Source: Deltaproteobacteria bacterium (GTDB lineage Bacteria; SAR324; XYD2-FULL-50-16). From it: 64,000 nt of DNA. Positions 40,671-50,286 of the stretch are shown piece after piece (position 1 is the stretch's first letter; the number at the start of each line of letters is the position of its first letter). The stretch spans positions 15,277-79,276 of the forward strand of contig JABHWU010000124.1 of NCBI GenBank assembly GCA_018657625.1, given 5' to 3'. Made by a program: the position numbers and the translations under genes. Below the pieces are notes generated by a model. That model made no database searches. It saw only the letters and a program-made list of their open reading frames with translations, and had not been told where the DNA came from.

Positions 40671-42419
40671 ATGAATACATTTGTTCGTCTAGCCAAATTA
40701 GCTCATAAACAGAAATTTGCATTGTATTTCAGCATTATTTTTATGCTTTTATATGCGATCTGTTCGGTAGCTCCTGCCAGTTTTATGAAAGATATTGTTG
40801 ATTCCGTGGCCAAATCATTAAAAGAAAAAGAAGCCATCGCACTGGATAGATTCTATCTGGTTGGTTTTGGATTAATACTGCTCATTCTGATTAAAGGTAT
40901 CTCCTATTTTATTCAAACCTATTTAATGGGTTTATTAGGACAAAGACTAATTAGGGATTTACGCGATCGCTTATACGAAAGGGTAATATCTATGCCGGTT
41001 TCATTTTATAATAATCAGTCTACCGGAGAACTCACTTCCCGGTTTACTGTTGATTTTGTGACACTAAACGATTCCATTAAAATAGCCGTAATGGGACCCC
41101 TACGAGATGCACCTCAAATCTTTATGCTTTTGTATATTATGTTTAGTCGAAGTTGGCGAATGTTTTTATTGACACTGATTCTATTACCCGTCGCCGCCTG
41201 GCTGATTTCACTTTTTGGTAACCTGAATAAAAAAGTAACCGTCAAAAGATTAAGTCAATTTGGAGAGCTCAATTCCCTGTTAACCGAAACGATCACCGGC
41301 TCCAGAGTTGTAAAAGCATTCAGTATGGAAGAGTATGAGTGTAAACGCTTTAAAAACGAAAATTTTCGCTTATTCAGACAATTTATGAAGTCAATTTTAA
41401 TTGCTTCATACTCCTATCCTCTTCTGGAACTTAGCGCCGGCATTTGTGGCGTTATGATATTAGTCTATGGCGGTTATTTAAGTAATAAGGGTGTTATTAG
41501 TTGGGGTGACTATATCTCATTTATGACCTCTTTTGTTTTACTGAATGAACCCATTAAAAAGATGAATGGGATCAATTTAAAAGTTCAGGAAGGTTTAGCC
41601 GCAGCTTCCCGAATTTTTAGTATATTAGATAGTGAAACCAAAATCCATGAGATACCAGACGCCAAACTGTTAAAAACGATTCAGAAAGAAATCAAAATTG
41701 ATATTCAGTCATTTAAATACGAAGATCAGCCAGTATTACAAGATGTCAGTGTTTCTTTAAAGGCTGGGACGATTACAGCTTTTGTTGGCAGCAGCGGCAG
41801 TGGTAAGACGACTCTGGCAAACCTGATCCCCCGTTTTTTTGATCTTGAGAGAGAATCAGCCTCCATATCTATCGATGGTGTCGATATCAGGGACATCACC
41901 TTAAAATCATTGCGCAGCCAAATCGCCATTGTCACGCAGGAGGTTATCCTGTTCAATGATACCATTTCGAATAATATTTCCTATGGTGACATCAATTGTT
42001 CCAGGCAAAAAATTATCGATGCTGCAAAAGCAGGTTATGCTCATGATTTTATTTCAGAACTACCCGATGGCTATGAACAACATGTTGGGGAAAAAGGGGC
42101 CAGAATATCGGGAGGACAACGACAAAGAATTGCCATTTCAAGAGCCTTGATTAAAAATGCACCAATCCTGATATTGGATGAAGCGACCAGTGCGTTGGAT
42201 ACAGAATCTGAAAAAGAGGTCCAGGCAGCCATTGAAAATCTGATGAAAAACAGAACCACACTGGTGATTGCTCATCGCTTATCTACCATCCGACATGCAG
42301 ATGTTATTCATGTCTTAAAGGCCGGTAGAATCATTGAGTCCGGATCCCATGAAGAACTCATCCAGTCAGATGGTGAATATAAAAGACTTTATGATATGCA
42401 ATTCCAGAATAATTCTTAA
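40671..42419 (+). CDS. ABC exporter, fused permease/ATPase (MsbA-like homodimer type)
   Basis: 6 TM plus NBD with canonical GSSGSGKTT, ISGGQRQRIAISRA, ILDEATSALD, AHR. Confidence 0.85.
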   Translation: MNTFVRLAKLAHKQKFALYFSIIFMLLYAICSVAPASFMKDIVDSVAKSLKEKEAIALDRFYLVGFGLILLILIKGISYFIQTYLMGLLGQRLIRDLRDRLYERVISMPVSFYNNQSTGELTSRFTVDFVTLNDSIKIAVMGPLRDAPQIFMLLYIMFSRSWRMFLLTLILLPVAAWLISLFGNLNKKVTVKRLSQFGELNSLLTETITGSRVVKAFSMEEYECKRFKNENFRLFRQFMKSILIASYSYPLLELSAGICGVMILVYGGYLSNKGVISWGDYISFMTSFVLLNEPIKKMNGINLKVQEGLAAASRIFSILDSETKIHEIPDAKLLKTIQKEIKIDIQSFKYEDQPVLQDVSVSLKAGTITAFVGSSGSGKTTLANLIPRFFDLERESASISIDGVDIRDITLKSLRSQIAIVTQEVILFNDTISNNISYGDINCSRQKIIDAAKAGYAHDFISELPDGYEQHVGEKGARISGGQRQRIAISRALIKNAPILILDEATSALDTESEKEVQAAIENLMKNRTTLVIAHRLSTIRHADVIHVLKAGRIIESGSHEELIQSDGEYKRLYDMQFQNNS

Positions 42420-42434
42420 ACCCTTCTTTGATTC

Positions 42435-43037
42435 TTATATAATTTCATCTACACAAACTATCAATTCATCCCAGCCACTCACTCTCGTCCAGCAGGGATC
42501 ATCCGCTTCATCTTGATTATGCAGTCGTGTCATCAAGAATACATGGGCTCCAGGAACATTAGCGGCCACTTCTTTACAATTTGTAGGATGATCATCCAAA
42601 AAAATGATATGCTTTCCTTTTTCGTGAAGCTGGTTAATTATCCCGGATTTACTGGGGTACTCTTTGATGCCAAAGTCCCAGTGACCGGCACAATATAACT
42701 CAGAATAATTCAATAAATGACGGGACAAGTTTTGCTTCCGTTTTGCAATCAGATCCTGTGGAATATTGGTCACCAGATAGGTAGGATACCCATTCGTGAG
42801 TTTGTTAAATGTGTTTTTAGAGACCAACAAACTTAATTTAGTAAATCGTTCCGAGCCAACAAATTTTTCCCAACCTTCCCCCATATCAATATCTGGAAAT
42901 TCCTTAGACAATTCCCAATATTTCAAGCGAAAATCCTGCGGTAATTCAGGTCGATAAGTGTCTCTGATAAAATCAACAAAGGCACCTTCAAAATCTAAAA
43001 TAACACCATCAACATCAAAATAAAATTCCTTTTCCAT
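42435..43037 (-). CDS. HAD-superfamily 5'(3')-deoxyribonucleotidase-like protein
   Basis: FDVDGVILDF (DxDxV motif I), 200 aa, NT5C-like layout. Confidence 0.6.
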   Translation of the reverse strand: MEKEFYFDVDGVILDFEGAFVDFIRDTYRPELPQDFRLKYWELSKEFPDIDMGEGWEKFVGSERFTKLSLLVSKNTFNKLTNGYPTYLVTNIPQDLIAKRKQNLSRHLLNYSELYCAGHWDFGIKEYPSKSGIINQLHEKGKHIIFLDDHPTNCKEVAANVPGAHVFLMTRLHNQDEADDPCWTRVSGWDELIVCVDEII

Positions 43038-43072
43038 TTGTAATTAACTTTTCCTTTAGTTGACAATTATGA

Positions 43073-44158
43073 CTATTCAAACAGGGATTCTGAAAAAAGT
43101 CGGGGAGAAAAATGCTGTAGATCATTGATACCTTCGCCGACACCAACATAGAAAACGGGTATTTCAAATTCATTCACAATTCCGATAATCACCCCACCTT
43201 TAGCTGTTCCGTCCAGTTTAGTAACAATTAAACCATGTAATCCGATCAGATTGGTAAACTCTTTGGTTTGATTGATGGCGTTTTGCCCGGTGTTAGCATC
43301 TAAAACTAGAATTGAAGCGTGCGGTCCGGCAGGAATCACCTTGGTTAAAACTTTTTGCATTTTATAAAGTTCATCCATCAAATTCTTTTTAGTATGCAGT
43401 CTACCAGAGGTATCACACAACAATACATCATAATTTTCGTTAACAGCTTTACTGGCTGCTTCATAAATAGTAGCGGCAGGGTCCGAGTTGATTTTGTTTG
43501 CCACAATGTCAACTTCAGCTCGCTTACCCCATTCTACCAGTTGTTCAATAGCTGCCGCCCGAAAAGTATCCCCGGCTGCCAATAACACTTTTTTACCTTC
43601 CTTTTTAAACCTGGCGGCCAGTTTTCCGATGGATGTTGTTTTCCCAACACCATTCACACCGACAAAAAGGTAAACCGTTGGACCACTATCCGCAGCAGGT
43701 AAAAAATGATCCCCCTGATCCAGAATTTGCGTTATAACATCCTGGACAGTTTTAATCGCTTCTGATTGGTTACGAATTTCCAGGTTTTTAGTTTTTGTTT
43801 CAACGATTTGAATAATTTTTTCGGTGGTTGTAAACCCCATATCTGCAGCTAAAAGCCTTTCTTCCAGGTCTTCAATAAAGTCATCATCAATGGCTTCTTC
43901 ACCTTCTAGGTCATTCAATGATCCCATCAAAAGATTTTTGGTTTTTGCCACACCGAGTTTAAATCGTTTAAAGAGTGAGGCTTTTTCTTCGGACTGATTT
44001 GGATCGGTAATATCTTTTGATAGCGGCTTTTCCTTTAATTTTAATTCCTGTTCCTTTATTAGAATCGCTTCGTCAATCTCCTGTGCCTTTTCTTCCTGTT
44101 TTTTAAGTTGCTCTTTCTGTTTCTTTTTTTCTTCTTTTTTCTTTTTACTGAATATCAT
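43073..44158 (-). CDS. ftsY: signal recognition particle receptor FtsY
   Basis: Acidic/lysine-rich N-terminus, NG domain with GVNGVGKTT, DTSGR, TKLDGTAKGG. Confidence 0.9.
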   Translation of the reverse strand: MIFSKKKKEEKKKQKEQLKKQEEKAQEIDEAILIKEQELKLKEKPLSKDITDPNQSEEKASLFKRFKLGVAKTKNLLMGSLNDLEGEEAIDDDFIEDLEERLLAADMGFTTTEKIIQIVETKTKNLEIRNQSEAIKTVQDVITQILDQGDHFLPAADSGPTVYLFVGVNGVGKTTSIGKLAARFKKEGKKVLLAAGDTFRAAAIEQLVEWGKRAEVDIVANKINSDPAATIYEAASKAVNENYDVLLCDTSGRLHTKKNLMDELYKMQKVLTKVIPAGPHASILVLDANTGQNAINQTKEFTNLIGLHGLIVTKLDGTAKGGVIIGIVNEFEIPVFYVGVGEGINDLQHFSPRLFSESLFE

Positions 44159-44383
44159 TCTGATTTGTTTAAGTAATTTTATTTTTAAATGACTGAGTTA
44201 TATTTAAAACCTGAATTCTCTTTATACCCTTAGTTAGAAATTCAAGCAAGCCTTGTCAATGAGGTTAATGAACACTGATCACAGTAAATCCAATAATAGC
44301 TAATAGACAAAAGGCGTCCAAGTGGATCTTCAAACAATATTTGGCACTTACTTAAAATATTCTATAAAGAATTAAGTACTTGT

Positions 44384-44527
44384 ATTTAGTGTCTGAACGA
44401 AAAGTAGGTAATTTGGGGACATGTACAATTTGTAGAAAACACTTTATTAATTAAATACCAAGTTGTTACGTGTACCCTATTTACCGGACTTATATCCAAT
44501 AATTGAATTTTCGTTCAGCCACTATTT
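44384..44527 (+). mobile_element. MITE-like element, copy 4
   Basis: Full 136 bp element agtgtctgaacgaaaag...ttttcgttcagccact flanked by ATTT. Shares its right ATTT with copy 5. Confidence 0.6.
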
Positions 44528-44667
44528 AGTGTCTGAACGAAAAGTAGGTAATTTGGGGACATGTACAATTTTTAGCAAAGGCTTAAACAATTAAATACCT
44601 GATAGTTACGTGTCCCCCAATTACCGGTTTGATATCCAATAATGACATTTTCGTTCGAACACTATTT
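44524..44667 (+). mobile_element. MITE-like element, copy 5 (tandem to copy 4, more diverged centre)
   Basis: agtgtctgaacgaaaag...ttttcgttcgaacact, ATTT flanks. Central region differs (tttttagcaaaggcttaaacaa). Confidence 0.6.
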
Positions 44668-45233
44668 AAATGATTTCAAAATAGTTTTAATAGATTTAAA
44701 GTCAATAAAATAATTATAAATGAAATTTATAACATTATTATATTATTCTTTAAGGCTTATTATGGAGGAAGATTCAAAAAATTCTCAATAAACAAATGTC
44801 GGATTTGATTCTTTTTTATTGGCCGAGGTTAAATTTAGTAGTTTTAATAGATTGATATATTTGTCTTAATTCAACTGAGTTTAGGTAAATAAAATTTTTA
44901 TAATAATATTAATAAAATCATCCATAGAAAAATTTTTGTACAGTAGTCATTTTTGCCAGGCAACAACTTGCATTAAAATAAATTTTACTTAACTTTTAGT
45001 TGTACTTATCATACTTATTTTGCTAATTATTATGTTCATGTAAAATTTAGACAGCCATTTTATAGGGAGTTAGCCCGTTTTTTATTTTTTAAAAACACAA
45101 TTATAACATTGTTTTATTAACAGAAAACCTATTAAATGATTTTGAAGGATTTTGCATATTAAGTATGGTGTACAACGATTTGTTACGATTAGCGGGTGAA
45201 ACTATCACCTGCCTGAAATTTTTTTTGGAAGAA

Positions 45234-45258
45234 TGAAATTGTGATTGATTCACAATTT
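45234..45258. promoter_or_regulatory. near-perfect 12 bp-arm palindrome (TGTGA-n5-TCACA core), candidate operator
   Basis: gaaattgtgattgattcacaatttc, about 35 bp upstream of the substrate-binding-protein start codon (45293). RBS aggaga at 45284. Confidence 0.35.
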
Positions 45259-45292
45259 CGCAAGTAAAATAAAACTTGAATCAGGAGAACTT

Positions 45293-46093
45293 ATGAATAA
45301 ACTAATTAGTCTTTTATTGACACTGATTTTAGCCATTTCCATGGCAACTGTTACATTGGCGGAAGATACACTGTCAACCATCCTGAAACGCGGTGAGTTG
45401 TTAGTTGGTACCGAAGCAGGATATATGCCATTTGAAATGAGAAATAACAAGGGTGAAATTGTTGGTTTTGACATGGATATGATGGCAGCTGCTGCTAAAG
45501 CGATGGGTGTGAAGTTAACACTGATTAATACAAACTGGGATGGGATTATTCCGGCCTTATTAACAAGAAAGTTTGATATTATTGCTGGTGGTATGACGAT
45601 TACTCAGAGTCGTAATTTGAAAGTAAATTTTGCTAACCCTTATATTTCAGTCGGTCAGACGATCTTATTAAAAAAGGGATTAGGCAATAAGGTCAAGTCT
45701 TACAAAAGCTTAAACAAATCAAAATATACCATAGCATCTAAATTAGGTACTACTGGTGAACAAGCTGCAAAACGAATGATCCCCAGAGCTAAATACATCA
45801 GTTATGATACAGAGCAGGAAGGCTCAATGGAAGTAATCTCTGGTAAAATCGATGCTTTCATCTATGATCTTCCGTTTCAGGCAATTATGTATAATGATAA
45901 AGGAAAAGGGAAAGTAACCCATCTTGACAAACCTTTTACTTTTGAACCTCTGGGATGGGCAGTTAGAAAAGGTGATCCTGACTTCCTAAACTGGTTAAAT
46001 AATTTCTTATATCAGGCTAAACATGACGGTACTTATGACAAGATTTATGCAAAATGGTTCAAAAGTACTGAATGGAAAAAAGATCTCCAATAA
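45293..46093 (+). CDS. polar amino-acid ABC transporter substrate-binding protein
   Basis: Start chosen at ATG 45293 (RBS aggaga 4 bp upstream; the ORF-track start at 45245 lies in the operator). Signal peptide, SBP_bac_3-type motifs (GFDMDM, GGMTIT). Confidence 0.8.
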   Translation: MNKLISLLLTLILAISMATVTLAEDTLSTILKRGELLVGTEAGYMPFEMRNNKGEIVGFDMDMMAAAAKAMGVKLTLINTNWDGIIPALLTRKFDIIAGGMTITQSRNLKVNFANPYISVGQTILLKKGLGNKVKSYKSLNKSKYTIASKLGTTGEQAAKRMIPRAKYISYDTEQEGSMEVISGKIDAFIYDLPFQAIMYNDKGKGKVTHLDKPFTFEPLGWAVRKGDPDFLNWLNNFLYQAKHDGTYDKIYAKWFKSTEWKKDLQ

Positions 46094-46157
46094 TCAAGAA
46101 TTAGTATAGCTTGATCGCAAATTTACCATCAAATATTAAAGCTATTTTTTTGGACAG

Positions 46158-46198
46158 ATGTGCCAATATTATTCATTAATATTGGCACATTTTATTTG
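46158..46198 (+). terminator. rho-independent terminator/attenuator after the SBP gene
   Basis: Perfect 14 bp stem atgtgccaatatta / taatattggcacat, loop ttcat, followed by tttatttg. Confidence 0.55.
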
Positions 46199-46321
46199 AG
46201 GGTTTTCGAATCTCCAAAATGATTCGTTTGATAGTAGTCCAGCTGAGTATGAACAAATGCCAAAAATACTCAACTGTTATTATGATTTATTTAAATAATC
46301 TTTTATAGATTAACTAACTTT

Positions 46322-47368
46322 TTGATTTATTTAACTATGTTAGAAACACTAACATCCGGATATTTTTGGCTCTTTTTAGTCACACTCATTATAATTATTG
46401 CAGGGTTAGCAACCAACCTGAAAAACAAGACGTATTGGTATGGATGTCTTGCTTTATCAATAATTCTTCTGGGTTGGGGACTCGAAATAATGACCAACCG
46501 GATTGATTATAAATGGTATTGGAATCGTGTTCCCCAATATTTCGTTTACACGGGAGATCTTGACGTATATTCAAATGAAGCCGGGGTAGCACAAATAAAG
46601 GAATTGAATAATGATTTTTCCGAAGTTATCCTAAAATATGATAGTGGAAATTCGGACACATTTAAAATCCGAACAAAAACTTTAACCGTAAAAGATGGCC
46701 AGAAAATTACTGATGTTGATGGCATTGGTGAACAACCCATAGTCAAAATGGGGATATTAGTTGAAGGTTTGATTGTCACACTGGAAATTTCCGTATACGC
46801 CAGTTTCTTTGGATTGTTGATCGGTTTATTCACCGGATTAGGGAGAATATCTAAAAATCCATTAATTTTGGGGCTTTCAACCGGTTATGTAGAACTGATT
46901 CGGGGGACACCTTTGCTGGTGCAAATATTTATTTTCTATTTCTTTTTAGGTACCATTTTAGGATTTGAGCGATTTGCAGCTGGGACAATGGCACTGGCAC
47001 TGTTTGCAGGAGCTTATATTGCTGAAATCATTCGGGCAGGAATTCAATCCATCCACCCGGGACAAATGGAAGCTGCCAGATCTTTGGGAATGAACTATTT
47101 CCAGGCAATGGTAGAAATAATATTACCCCAGGCCTTCAAACGAATCATGCCACCCTTAGCTGGTCAGTTTATTTCATTAATTAAAGATTCCTCATTAGTT
47201 TCTGTGATTGCGATTACTGACTTGACTAAAGCTGGTCGGGAAGTAATTACTTCTACATTTGCTGTTTTTGAAATTTGGTTTACCGTTGCAGGAATGTATT
47301 TTATTCTTACTTTCGGTTTATCTTTATTTGTTCGATATATTGAAAGGAGATTGGCCGTCAGTGATTGA
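46322..47368 (+). CDS. amino-acid ABC transporter permease (His/Gln/Glu type) with about 140 aa N-terminal extension
   Basis: C-terminal half has EAA-like loop ([22 protein letters not shown]) and 5 TM of BPD_transp_1. N-terminal extra TM pair plus soluble segment. Confidence 0.8.
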   Translation: MIYLTMLETLTSGYFWLFLVTLIIIIAGLATNLKNKTYWYGCLALSIILLGWGLEIMTNRIDYKWYWNRVPQYFVYTGDLDVYSNEAGVAQIKELNNDFSEVILKYDSGNSDTFKIRTKTLTVKDGQKITDVDGIGEQPIVKMGILVEGLIVTLEISVYASFFGLLIGLFTGLGRISKNPLILGLSTGYVELIRGTPLLVQIFIFYFFLGTILGFERFAAGTMALALFAGAYIAEIIRAGIQSIHPGQMEAARSLGMNYFQAMVEIILPQAFKRIMPPLAGQFISLIKDSSLVSVIAITDLTKAGREVITSTFAVFEIWFTVAGMYFILTFGLSLFVRYIERRLAVSD

Positions 47369-48095
47369 TGTACAAAATATTTGCAAAACCTTTGTTGTTG
47401 GCGATCATGTCGTAAAGGCAGTGGATCATTGTACATATCATGTCAACAAAGGAGAGGTAGTAGTAGTGATCGGCCCATCGGGTTCCGGGAAATCAACATT
47501 TTTACGCTGTATTAATCAGTTGGAAACAATCGATTCCGGACATATCATTATCGATAAAGTTGATATCACTGATAAAAAAGTAAATATCAATAAAGTTCGG
47601 GCAGAAGTCGGAATGGTATTCCAGTCTTTTAATCTATTTCCGCATAAATCAGTGCAGGATAATATCAGTCTAGCCCAAATAAAAGTTCGTAAGCGATCTG
47701 CTGCTGAAGCTGCAGAAAAAACAGAGTTTTTACTAAAGAAAGTTGGTATTTCAGAAAAAGCAAACGTTTACCCCATGCAATTGTCCGGTGGTCAGCAACA
47801 GCGCGTTGCTATCGCCCGTGCACTGGCCATGGATCCCAAAATTATGCTTTTTGATGAACCCACCTCAGCGTTAGACCCGGAAATGATCGGAGAAGTGCTT
47901 GACGTAATGAAGACTCTGGCCCGGGAAGGAATGACCATGGTTGTGGTAAGCCATGAGATGGGTTTTGCCCGGGAAGTGGCGGATCAGGTAGTAATGATGG
48001 ATGAAGGTAAGATCATCGAAGTCGGAACTCCAGAACATTTCTTTAAGGAGCCTACTGAAGAGAGAACCAAATTATTCTTATCTCAGATATTATAG
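47361..48095 (+). CDS. amino-acid ABC transporter ATP-binding protein (GlnQ-like)
   Basis: GTG start at 47361 with RBS aaaggaga. Overlaps permease stop. [33 protein letters not shown]. Confidence 0.85.
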   Translation: MIDVQNICKTFVVGDHVVKAVDHCTYHVNKGEVVVVIGPSGSGKSTFLRCINQLETIDSGHIIIDKVDITDKKVNINKVRAEVGMVFQSFNLFPHKSVQDNISLAQIKVRKRSAAEAAEKTEFLLKKVGISEKANVYPMQLSGGQQQRVAIARALAMDPKIMLFDEPTSALDPEMIGEVLDVMKTLAREGMTMVVVSHEMGFAREVADQVVMMDEGKIIEVGTPEHFFKEPTEERTKLFLSQIL

Positions 48096-48150
48096 AACAA
48101 CTATTAAAATAAGTTTCAAGCCGCTTTGAATCCTTCAATTTGGCTTGTAC

Positions 48151-49020
48151 TTAATCCAATAATTCAGTAGGAAACTGAATCAACCATTTTTTTTCAATAA
48201 TTCCATTCACTATTAATAGCGCAGTCGGGAATTGTTGTGCCATAAAATAAAAACGGGATGGTGGTAAATACCTTTGATCAAATAAAACAGATTCCTGAAA
48301 TCCTTTTTTTGCCGTCTTTAAATCTGAATTCAAAACAGCAATAATTTTAATTTGTTGTTGTTTCTCAGATAAATAGTTTAACTGAATCACCCACTCCTTA
48401 CAAACCGCACAATGTTTATTGAGGAAAACCAACAGATACTGTTCCGGATCCGGATCAGAAAACAAATCACCAAACCAATCAATTTTAAATTTGCGACCTG
48501 GCCGGGTAATAGTAATATCCCAAATGGGTCTAACTAGACTTTGCTTAATTAAAAATCCACTGCTGGCAATAGATATCAAAATCAAAAATACCTGCCACAA
48601 ATGATAATCATTCCGGGTTTTTATCCCAATCAACCAGATCCAGCTCAAAGTTGCCATATAAACGATATTTAAAAGCAAACTTATTGGCAAGGGAATCCAC
48701 ATCGCATGCCCATAACAGCCACAAGTGTGAATGTTTTTGTTCAATTTCCCTATAACAGTTACTCCAAATCCACTTAGTAAAATAAAGAGCGTGGATGGAA
48801 TCACATTTTCAGGAAATATCCTGATAATCAGTGCCATTCCCAGGGCACACTCAAGCTCAATCACCAAAATTGTGATGAACGACGCCAAGGATTCCGGAAT
48901 AAATTTTAAATTGGATAGCTGATCCAGAAAAAGTTTGGCGTTAACCGCTTTAAGAATTCCTGACAATAGTATAATAAACCCTATTAAAACACTTAAGCTG
49001 TTTGCCAGTAAAGTGATCAT
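48151..49020 (-). CDS. membrane MauE/DoxX-like domain fused to thioredoxin-like domain (CxxC)
   Basis: N-terminal 4 TM with MauE-like start (LLSGILKAVNAKLF...). C-terminal soluble domain with LVFLNKHCAVCKEW thioredoxin-type CxxC. Confidence 0.5.
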   Translation of the reverse strand: MITLLANSLSVLIGFIILLSGILKAVNAKLFLDQLSNLKFIPESLASFITILVIELECALGMALIIRIFPENVIPSTLFILLSGFGVTVIGKLNKNIHTCGCYGHAMWIPLPISLLLNIVYMATLSWIWLIGIKTRNDYHLWQVFLILISIASSGFLIKQSLVRPIWDITITRPGRKFKIDWFGDLFSDPDPEQYLLVFLNKHCAVCKEWVIQLNYLSEKQQQIKIIAVLNSDLKTAKKGFQESVLFDQRYLPPSRFYFMAQQFPTALLIVNGIIEKKWLIQFPTELLD

Positions 49021-49029
49021 TTTAATGAT

Positions 49030-49656
49030 TTAGTCTTCATCTTCAGGTGATGCAGGCTGGAGATATTCTTCCATTTCCTGTAAATACTGTTTAAATTTTT
49101 CAGGAAAATCAGGCAAGGGTGCCAATTTATTTTTTAACCGGGTAACCAATGCATAGCTCTGTTCCAGACTCGTATCATTTTCAGTAATTCCGGCATTAAT
49201 GTTCCCCAAATCTTTATACTTTTTAGCAACCGTAGCAGCGGCCTGTCCCCTTACCAATGCGGCATCCCTAAGTTCATCATACATTTCTTCAGAACAATCC
49301 TCATCCTGTTTAGCTCTTTGCAGGACGCCAATAGTATCAATATCAGGAAATTTTGAGTTGTTTTGATTTTTAAAAAACTCCGGCTCTTCTTGGGAGATAA
49401 AAAAATAGGCATTGGTTAATTTCATGGCCGTGGCTTTTTTTATTTTGATCTCTAAGCGGCAGTAATCTTCAAACTTTTTATAACCCCACTCTTCATAGGC
49501 TTTTTCTGCTGCTGCTTTGGTCAGAAATTCTCCCAGCTCAACCCAATTGGATTTAAATTTTCTGGCAGAATTAATTAAATGCATTCGCATGGAATCTGGA
49601 TCCAATTGTTGAATTGTTTCTTCTAATTGTGCGGGATTATGCTGGTTATTTGGCAT
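49030..49656 (-). CDS. hypothetical protein (208 aa, acidic C-terminus)
   Basis: Good coding composition. No recognisable motifs. Confidence 0.45.
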   Translation of the reverse strand: MPNNQHNPAQLEETIQQLDPDSMRMHLINSARKFKSNWVELGEFLTKAAAEKAYEEWGYKKFEDYCRLEIKIKKATAMKLTNAYFFISQEEPEFFKNQNNSKFPDIDTIGVLQRAKQDEDCSEEMYDELRDAALVRGQAAATVAKKYKDLGNINAGITENDTSLEQSYALVTRLKNKLAPLPDFPEKFKQYLQEMEEYLQPASPEDED

Positions 49657-49840
49657 TTTTAGTCATATTTTGGGTTTAACTATAATATCAATTTATATCA
49701 AAATTATGGTACTAAAATAACGAATCTAAAAAAAATTGGAAAGCAGAATAAAATTTAAAAAAGACCTCCTCTAAACACAACTATTGTTCCATTAAGGAAC
49801 TTGAATTATTAGCATATAATTACAATAAGATACAAAATTT

Positions 49841-49960
49841 CGTAGGTCGGATCAAGCGAAACGGATCCGGCGTTTCTTCAGAGTGGGCAAAAAAAACTGC
49901 CACCCTACGTATCCAGGCAAATTCATTGCCAATATGTTGTCGGGTACCGACATCGGCACC
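49841..49960. other. GC-rich multi-hairpin segment (candidate structured RNA or terminator cluster)
   Basis: Local G+C clearly above surroundings. Consecutive hairpins: cggatc-n10-gatccg, ggcaa-attca-ttgcc, tgtcgg-gta-ccgaca, outer cgtagg...cctacg. Confidence 0.3.
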
Positions 49961-50048
49961 GTTAACGAACTTTAGTATTATAGCTTTAAAATCAAAGTAT
50001 TATCAAATGTCATCACGATGAAGAATGCGGAGAGATTTTTTGTCTCAA
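49961..50048 (+). repeat. about 90 bp intergenic repeat, family 2, copy B
   Basis: gttaacgaactt...gctttaaaatcaaagtattatcaaatgtcatcacgatgaagaatgcggagagattttttgtctcaa. Aligns base-for-base with 33180-33270. Confidence 0.45.
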
Positions 50049-50286
50049 AATAATGGTAGCCGTTTAGGTGGAATGTCTGGTGAGGTAAAACAATTTGTCA
50101 GGAAATTGTTTTTGGAAATGATACAAAATCTATGGAGCATAATAGATTTCATGCTCCATAAAAAAATTTTATAACTTGCCTGATTTATCAAGGCAATAAA
50201 CAGCGCCCTTATAAGACACCACAATCACTACCAGATATGAAATCAGTAAAACACTTGTTATCATACTATCTCCTTTTTAAACTTGA

